A stretch of DNA of 64,000 bases from contig JBAZTS010000003.1 of NCBI GenBank assembly GCA_041661795.1, positions 3,939 through 67,938 of the forward strand, written 5' to 3'. The notes beneath the pieces are model-generated. The model ran no database searches, was not told the origin of the DNA, and saw nothing but the letters and a program-made list of their open reading frames with translations. Source of the DNA: Minisyncoccota bacterium. GTDB taxonomy: Bacteria; Patescibacteriota; Minisyncoccia; UBA6257; JAGOQP01. The position numbers and the translations under genes were made by a program. This document shows, one piece after another, positions 59,004-64,000 of the stretch (within the stretch, counting starts at the first letter, position 1; every line of letters begins with the position of its first letter).

Positions 59004-59006
59004 AAA

Positions 59007-61355
59007 ATGAATTATTTTAGAGGAAATAAAAAGACTTTAATAAAATCATTATTGATGTTGGTTTTAGTTGTAACTCTGTTTGGGTTTTTTAATCAAGAAG
59101 CTCAAGCGGGTATTTTAAGTAGTTTTATAGATTTTTCGGGGTCTGTTTTGATAAAAATTATATTGTTTGTTTTTGGTTTAATTCAATGGTTGGTAGGAGT
59201 TGTATTCATTAAATTTGGGGCCATGCTTGTCAACTTTGCAATGTACATTAATAAAGGATTGTTAACAGATTTAAACGATACTCACTTTGTCATAATTGGA
59301 TGGAAAGTTTTTAGAGATTTGGCAAATTTAGGGTTTACTTTGGGAATAATAATAATTGCCGTTTCCATTATTCTTAGATTTAAAAGTTATGGCTCTCAAA
59401 AAGTTCTTACAAATCTTATAGTGGCGGCTCTTTTAATAAATTTTAGCTTAGTTATTGCCGGTTCAATAATAAAAACATCAGATGTTTTTTCGAACTTCTT
59501 CTTAAAATATATTGATGCTTCTGGAACTAGTAACTGGTCAGCTAGAATTACCGGTATGTTTAGAATGCAGGGAGTTGTTATTTCTAAAGATCCGTCAGCG
59601 CGACCAGTTTGCGATGCTGAAAATGATGAAAAAATTAAAGAAGCTTGTGAGCAACAAAAGAAAGATGGGACAATAACAGATGTTGATGCCTGTATTAAAA
59701 ATGTTACGGATAGTATGTGTAAATTTGACTCTGTTATACCAGATAATACGGATTTAGCAAACATCAAAGAAGATAGCGCGCTTTCGGCTAGTTTTTATAC
59801 TTTGGCCGGTCTTTTAATATCTATAGTGGTAGGTGTTTTTATCGGATTAACGCTTTTGGCGTTAGCTTTTATGCTTCTTTTAAGATATTTTAATCTCGCT
59901 TTTCTTTTAATGGTATCGCCTCTTGTTTGGGTTCTTTGGGTATTTCCTTATACCAAACAATATTGGAAAAAATGGTGGGATAGTTTTATAAAATGGGTTT
60001 TATTTGCTCCGATAACGCTGTTCTTTGTATATTTAACATTAATTTTCCTTTCTAAAAGTAGCGGTGGTTTTGGAGGGCAGGCGAATGAAGTGGCTACTGG
60101 TTCTGGAACAAGTATAGCCGGTATTGGTTTTGCAGATATGATGATTCCCTTTATGGCTGGGGCATTGCTTTTAGCTGGATTAAAAATCTCTCAAACGATG
60201 GGATTTGCTGGAGCCGGATTTGTTTTGAAGCAGTCCTCAAAATTGCAAAATTGGGCAAAAACAAAAGCTCGAAGAGGAGCGGCAAGAGCTGGAAGAAGGG
60301 CTTTAGGAGAGAGGACCAGAAATGTAGCAAATAAAATTGGTTCTAGTAAATGGGCTAATAGATTGACTTTAGGAGGAGCAAGTAAGCTCGCTGAAGTAAC
60401 AACCAAAGGCAGGGCTACCTTAGAAAAAAAATCTCAAGAATTTATTGATGAAAAAGTTAAACATTATGAGACCATAAAAGATTCCAAACAATTAGCCGCT
60501 CTTCTCCCAACAATGAACAAAGAAGAAAGAATGGCGGCGTTAGAGGTTTTGTCTAAAAGAGGAGACATGAAAGAAACTCAAGGATTACTTGGAATGGATC
60601 AAGTAATAGAATCGGTTGAAACCGCTAATACAATTGGTCGTGGTAAGTCGGCGTCTGATACTCAGAAATCTTTTGGAATGAGTCTTAATATGATGAAAGC
60701 TATGAAAAGTAGCGATGGAAAGCACGAGGGAAAAACATATGAGGAACACGCTAAGGAATTTTACGGAAATTTTTCATCTGATGATTGGAAAAAATCGGGG
60801 GCTGCAATAGGAAATCATATTTTTAAACCAGTGGACCCAACGACTAAAGAGGTGGTAGATATGCCAGGAATGACAAAAGAACAATCAAATAAGTTTAGGG
60901 AGCAGTATGTGGCTGGTTTGACCGGAGGTTTTGGAGAAGGGATATCTGCTATCGCCCCCAAACTCAAAGGAGAAAGCACGAAAAAAATGCTTGAGGATGT
61001 TGTAGCATCTGTTGCTGGAGATGCGGAAGTAGTAAGTATCAAAGATGCTATAGAAAAAGCGAGTAAAGATATGGATGGTGATAAAGTTATTGAACTTGTG
61101 CGTCAAAGGGATGAGGAGGGAGTGAAGGAAATAAAAATAACTGCCAGTCGTGATGATATATTAAGAGCTATAAGAGAAGGTGATTTGGATAAAGCTGTTA
61201 ATCTTATGAAAAATTCTAAAAATCCCAAACTAATAACTATCGCCTCTAAGATTAACAAGAGTATGGGAGCTGCTATACTGTCTGCTAGTGGAGAAGAAGG
61301 CAAATCAGAAGAGAAGAAACCAGAGGAGAAGAAACCAGAGGAACCTAAGAAATAA
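59007..61355 (+). CDS. VirB6/TrbL-like polytopic membrane protein
   Basis: GW...RDLAN, ALLINFS, R...L..L...SPL, W.KWW..F. Confidence 0.75.
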   Translation: MNYFRGNKKTLIKSLLMLVLVVTLFGFFNQEAQAGILSSFIDFSGSVLIKIILFVFGLIQWLVGVVFIKFGAMLVNFAMYINKGLLTDLNDTHFVIIGWKVFRDLANLGFTLGIIIIAVSIILRFKSYGSQKVLTNLIVAALLINFSLVIAGSIIKTSDVFSNFFLKYIDASGTSNWSARITGMFRMQGVVISKDPSARPVCDAENDEKIKEACEQQKKDGTITDVDACIKNVTDSMCKFDSVIPDNTDLANIKEDSALSASFYTLAGLLISIVVGVFIGLTLLALAFMLLLRYFNLAFLLMVSPLVWVLWVFPYTKQYWKKWWDSFIKWVLFAPITLFFVYLTLIFLSKSSGGFGGQANEVATGSGTSIAGIGFADMMIPFMAGALLLAGLKISQTMGFAGAGFVLKQSSKLQNWAKTKARRGAARAGRRALGERTRNVANKIGSSKWANRLTLGGASKLAEVTTKGRATLEKKSQEFIDEKVKHYETIKDSKQLAALLPTMNKEERMAALEVLSKRGDMKETQGLLGMDQVIESVETANTIGRGKSASDTQKSFGMSLNMMKAMKSSDGKHEGKTYEEHAKEFYGNFSSDDWKKSGAAIGNHIFKPVDPTTKEVVDMPGMTKEQSNKFREQYVAGLTGGFGEGISAIAPKLKGESTKKMLEDVVASVAGDAEVVSIKDAIEKASKDMDGDKVIELVRQRDEEGVKEIKITASRDDILRAIREGDLDKAVNLMKNSKNPKLITIASKINKSMGAAILSASGEEGKSEEKKPEEKKPEEPKK

Positions 61356-61356
61356 T

Positions 61357-62379
61357 ATGTTGAAGGTTGATAATAAAACGATAAATAAAAGGTGGGATGA
61401 AGCTCCGGACGTTTTAAGAGAGGCGGTATTTTCTCCTGTTTGCAATGATGCCTTAGAAAATGTTTGTGAAGAGTTTCATTTAGTTGAAGAAAAAAGAGTT
61501 ATTTTAAGACGATTAGGATTTTTTGTTTTTTTTGGCTTTATTCATCTTCAGGACTTGTATAAAGAAATAAAAGATAGCTTAGGAATAGATGGACGGCTAG
61601 CTCTGGAAATTTATCAAGAGTTAGATAAAAAAGTATTTTCTCCCTTCCACAAAGAAATAGAGGATAATTATTTGAAATTTAAAATAGGAGTAGTAAGACC
61701 GGAAGATATTGACGAGGCCCCTAAAGCTCAAATTCAAAGAGTAGTTCTTAAAGAACAGGAGCCGAGCGTGGTAGATTTGAAACCGGTGGAAATAATAAAG
61801 GACAGAGGAGAGAGAACAGAGAATAGTGAAGAGAGGGTAGGGACGCAAGAGACGGAACCACCAAGCCCATTAGAGGAGAAAGAGAAGCCCCCTGTTGTTA
61901 TAAAGCCGACCCAGGAAATTAATGAACAGGGTAAAGAGGAAAGGGAAAAAGGTAAAGTAGAAGAAAGAATTATTGTCAAAAAACCAATTGAGTCCATTCC
62001 ACTGACCCCTAAACCTTTACCCCTCACCCTTAGTGATGTTGCTGACTTGGGGCCGGTGATTATTCATAAAAGAGAGGAACCTTCATCTGTTTCTCAAACA
62101 AAAGCTACCAGCGGGTTTAAAATAAATACGTTTGGAGGATTTTTCGGTTCTTTTAAATCGTCCATACCAAGACAACAAGACGCGGTTTCCAAAGCCCAAG
62201 TTCAGACGCCGAGCAATTTTAAAAAAGAAGAAATGAGCGAAGCCGGAAAAGTGCCGGTGGTGGTAAAAAAATACGAAGAACAACCAAAAACAATACACTA
62301 TAGTGGATTTAAAACCGATCTTGGAAAGAAATCAGAAGAAAAAGATAATAGCGAAAAGATAGATTTAAATAAATTATAA
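61357..62379 (+). CDS. Hypothetical protein with a low-complexity C-terminal half
   Basis: R....P..LR.A.FS N-terminal helical domain; purine heptamer-like tracts in the middle; start at ATG 61357. Confidence 0.7.
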   Translation: MLKVDNKTINKRWDEAPDVLREAVFSPVCNDALENVCEEFHLVEEKRVILRRLGFFVFFGFIHLQDLYKEIKDSLGIDGRLALEIYQELDKKVFSPFHKEIEDNYLKFKIGVVRPEDIDEAPKAQIQRVVLKEQEPSVVDLKPVEIIKDRGERTENSEERVGTQETEPPSPLEEKEKPPVVIKPTQEINEQGKEEREKGKVEERIIVKKPIESIPLTPKPLPLTLSDVADLGPVIIHKREEPSSVSQTKATSGFKINTFGGFFGSFKSSIPRQQDAVSKAQVQTPSNFKKEEMSEAGKVPVVVKKYEEQPKTIHYSGFKTDLGKKSEEKDNSEKIDLNKL

Positions 62380-62388
62380 CTATTTATT

Positions 62389-62497
62389 TAAGCACGAAGC
62401 ACTAAATCCGAAATTCGAAACAATATTTAAATTCTAATGTTAAAAATTTTTAAACTCAAACACCGTTTCGGATTTTGATATTAGAATTTCGAATTTT
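62389..62497. repeat. Empty heptamer-repeat inverted element
   Basis: taagcacgaagcactaaatccgaaattcgaaac ... gtttcggattttgatattagaatttcgaattt. Confidence 0.8.
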
Positions 62498-62504
62498 ACT
62501 AATT

Positions 62505-63056
62505 ATGGCTCAATTTGAAGTACCACAATTTATAGATATGGAGCCAAAAATTGTTGGCCCGTTAACGTTAAAACAGTTTGCTTTTATAGCGGCTCCTTTT
62601 TTGATTTCATTCTTTCTATTTTTTGTATTAAACAGATTTGTCTGGTTTATTATGGCTTTTATTTTGGCGGTTTTTGCCATTTTATTTGCCTTTGTAAAAG
62701 TTAGCGGACGGCCTTTTTGGAAAATCTCTCTTTACGCTTTAACGTTTTTCTGGCAACCAAAACTTCTTTTATGGAAGCGGGCTGTTATACAAGAAAGAAT
62801 AGAAATTCCTGCTCCGGTTGCCGTCAAAGCTGTGGCCGAAAAAAGAAGCGCCCTAAAATCAGTTTCATTGGGAGTATCAGGAAAGATTGCGGGAGTGTCA
62901 AAGCTTTGGCAGGATTTAACCACAACCAAAAATCCGATTCCAAAAAGAGAAAAATCTGTTCCTAAAAAAACAATCTCGGATATAAAAGAACAATACATGG
63001 TTTTTAAGAAGATGAGTGGCGAGAGAGAAGTAGCTAAACGAATAGATTACAGGTAG
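62505..63056 (+). CDS. PrgI family protein
   Basis: QF.VPQFID.E.KIVGPLT.KQF, two TMs, GRPF. Confidence 0.9.
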   Translation: MAQFEVPQFIDMEPKIVGPLTLKQFAFIAAPFLISFFLFFVLNRFVWFIMAFILAVFAILFAFVKVSGRPFWKISLYALTFFWQPKLLLWKRAVIQERIEIPAPVAVKAVAEKRSALKSVSLGVSGKIAGVSKLWQDLTTTKNPIPKREKSVPKKTISDIKEQYMVFKKMSGEREVAKRIDYR

Positions 63057-63066
63057 TCTATTCGTT

Positions 63067-63533
63067 TAAATTCGAAGCACGAAGCACGAAATCTGAAACA
63101 AATCACAATGACAAAAATCCAAAATAATAAGCAATATGATTTAGAAGAGAGAACCTATGAGTTTGCCAAGAACGTTAGGGTATTTATTAAGAAAATCAGA
63201 AGAACAATATCAAACATTGAAGATGGAAAACAAGTCATAAGATCGTCAGGTTCTATGGGAGCTAATTATATAGAAGCCAACGAAGCATTAAGTAAGAAAG
63301 ATTTTATTATGAGAATTAAAATTTCCAGGAAAGAATCTAAAGAAAGTGTTTATTGGCTGACCTTGATAGATGTTGAGGGTGATAAAGATTTAGAAAAAGA
63401 AAGAGAAATTTTAGTAAATGAGGCACAAGAATTGATGTTAATTTTTAGTTCTATTATGAGGAAATCAGTTTAGTTATTTTTTATTTATAATTTAGATATT
63501 ATTTCGAATTTCGATATTCGAATTTCGTGCTTA
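63067..63533. mobile_element. Four-helix-bundle gene cassette bracketed by inverted heptamer-repeat arms
   Basis: Left arm taaattcgaagcacgaagcacgaaatctgaaac; right arm tttcgaatttcgatattcgaatttcgtgctta. Confidence 0.65.
63108..63473 (+). CDS. Four helix bundle protein (23S rRNA IVP / Avd-like family)
   Basis: YDLEERT..F, QVIRSSGS.GANY.EA, SKKDF...KI..KE..E..YWL, E..EL..IF..I. Confidence 0.92.
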   Translation: MTKIQNNKQYDLEERTYEFAKNVRVFIKKIRRTISNIEDGKQVIRSSGSMGANYIEANEALSKKDFIMRIKISRKESKESVYWLTLIDVEGDKDLEKEREILVNEAQELMLIFSSIMRKSV

Positions 63534-63553
63534 GATTATGGTATAATCTATTT

Positions 63554-64000
63554 ATGAGTGATAAGGTTGTTGAAAAAATTATTTCTCCTCCAAATTCTAC
63601 TCAGAGATTTGTTGATGTAGAGGAGATAAAAAATGGAGTGGTTGTTTTAAAAGGAGGCGCTTTACGAGCCGTAATTATGGTTTCAGGGGTAAATTTTGAA
63701 CTTAAATCCGAAGATGAACAAGATATTATCACATCAACCTACCAAGATTTTTTAAATTCTCTGGATTTTTCTCTCCAAATAGTCATCCATTCAAGAAAGC
63801 TTAATATAGAAAATTACCTCAAAAAGATGGAGGAGATAAGAAATAAAGAATCAAGCGAACTTTTAAGAAATCAGATAGACGAATATGTGTCTTTTATAAG
63901 AAGTTTTGTTAAAGAGAACGAGATTATGACTAAAAACTTTTTTGTCGTAGTTCCTTATGAGGCGGCCGGAGCTGGGGAAATAAAAAAGGGATTCTTTGGA
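63554..64000 (+). CDS. TraC/VirB4 N-terminal-like protein (runs off window)
   Basis: STQ.F..VEEI..GVV.LK.G.LRA...VS..NF.LKS.DEQ......Q.FLNSLDF..QI..SR; follows PrgI. Confidence 0.8.
   Translation, partial: MSDKVVEKIISPPNSTQRFVDVEEIKNGVVVLKGGALRAVIMVSGVNFELKSEDEQDIITSTYQDFLNSLDFSLQIVIHSRKLNIENYLKKMEEIRNKESSELLRNQIDEYVSFIRSFVKENEIMTKNFFVVVPYEAAGAGEIKKGFFG

Noticed and set aside
61288-61356. Arg-rich repeat N-terminus (NQRRRNQR) of ORF 61288
   Set aside because: It is an alternative-frame reading of the 15-bp EEKKP tandem repeat at the end of the upstream gene; the real start is likely 61357.
63108-63473. Diversity-generating retroelement (Avd-like gene)
   Set aside because: No reverse transcriptase or TR/VR pair is visible in the window.
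1-64000. Alternative genetic code (UGA=Gly, code 25)
   Set aside because: Genes are full length under code 11 and TGA acts as a stop (e.g. recO, the M16 peptidase and the UbiA gene).

Overview
AT-rich chromosomal window of a Patescibacteria/CPR (Parcubacteria-like) bacterium using standard code 11. It spans the replication origin (dnaN-oriC-dnaA-rpmH-rnpA-yidC-jag), two perfect parS sites, housekeeping genes (ftsK, recA, folD, glyA, metG, glyQS, recO, pnp, rpsO, xer, gyrA, rpsA, ftsH, ruvC, polA, pcrA/uvrD, rsmA), five tandem VirB2/TrbC-like pilins, the start of a T4SS-like cluster and a low-GC prenyltransferase cluster. The most unusual signal is a set of tiny DNA elements. (1) A 30-bp double hairpin (TCCGCC-N3-GGCGGA)x2 sits in frame in glyA and rpsA and in a tRNA T-loop. 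(2) At 35123-35515 an intact tRNA-Val, bracketed by 13-bp inverted repeats, lies inside the anticodon loop of a decayed tRNA(CAT), which itself lies inside a decayed tRNA-Val; a rare tRNA-Ile(UAU) is nearby. (3) A four-helix-bundle gene is bracketed by inverted heptamer-repeat arms, which also occur as empty intergenic copies and as an in-frame insert in rsmA. (4) A PaaX/Cas2-like gene is bracketed by two 37-bp palindromic direct repeats. All calls come from reading the sequence and recognising motifs; no searches were run.
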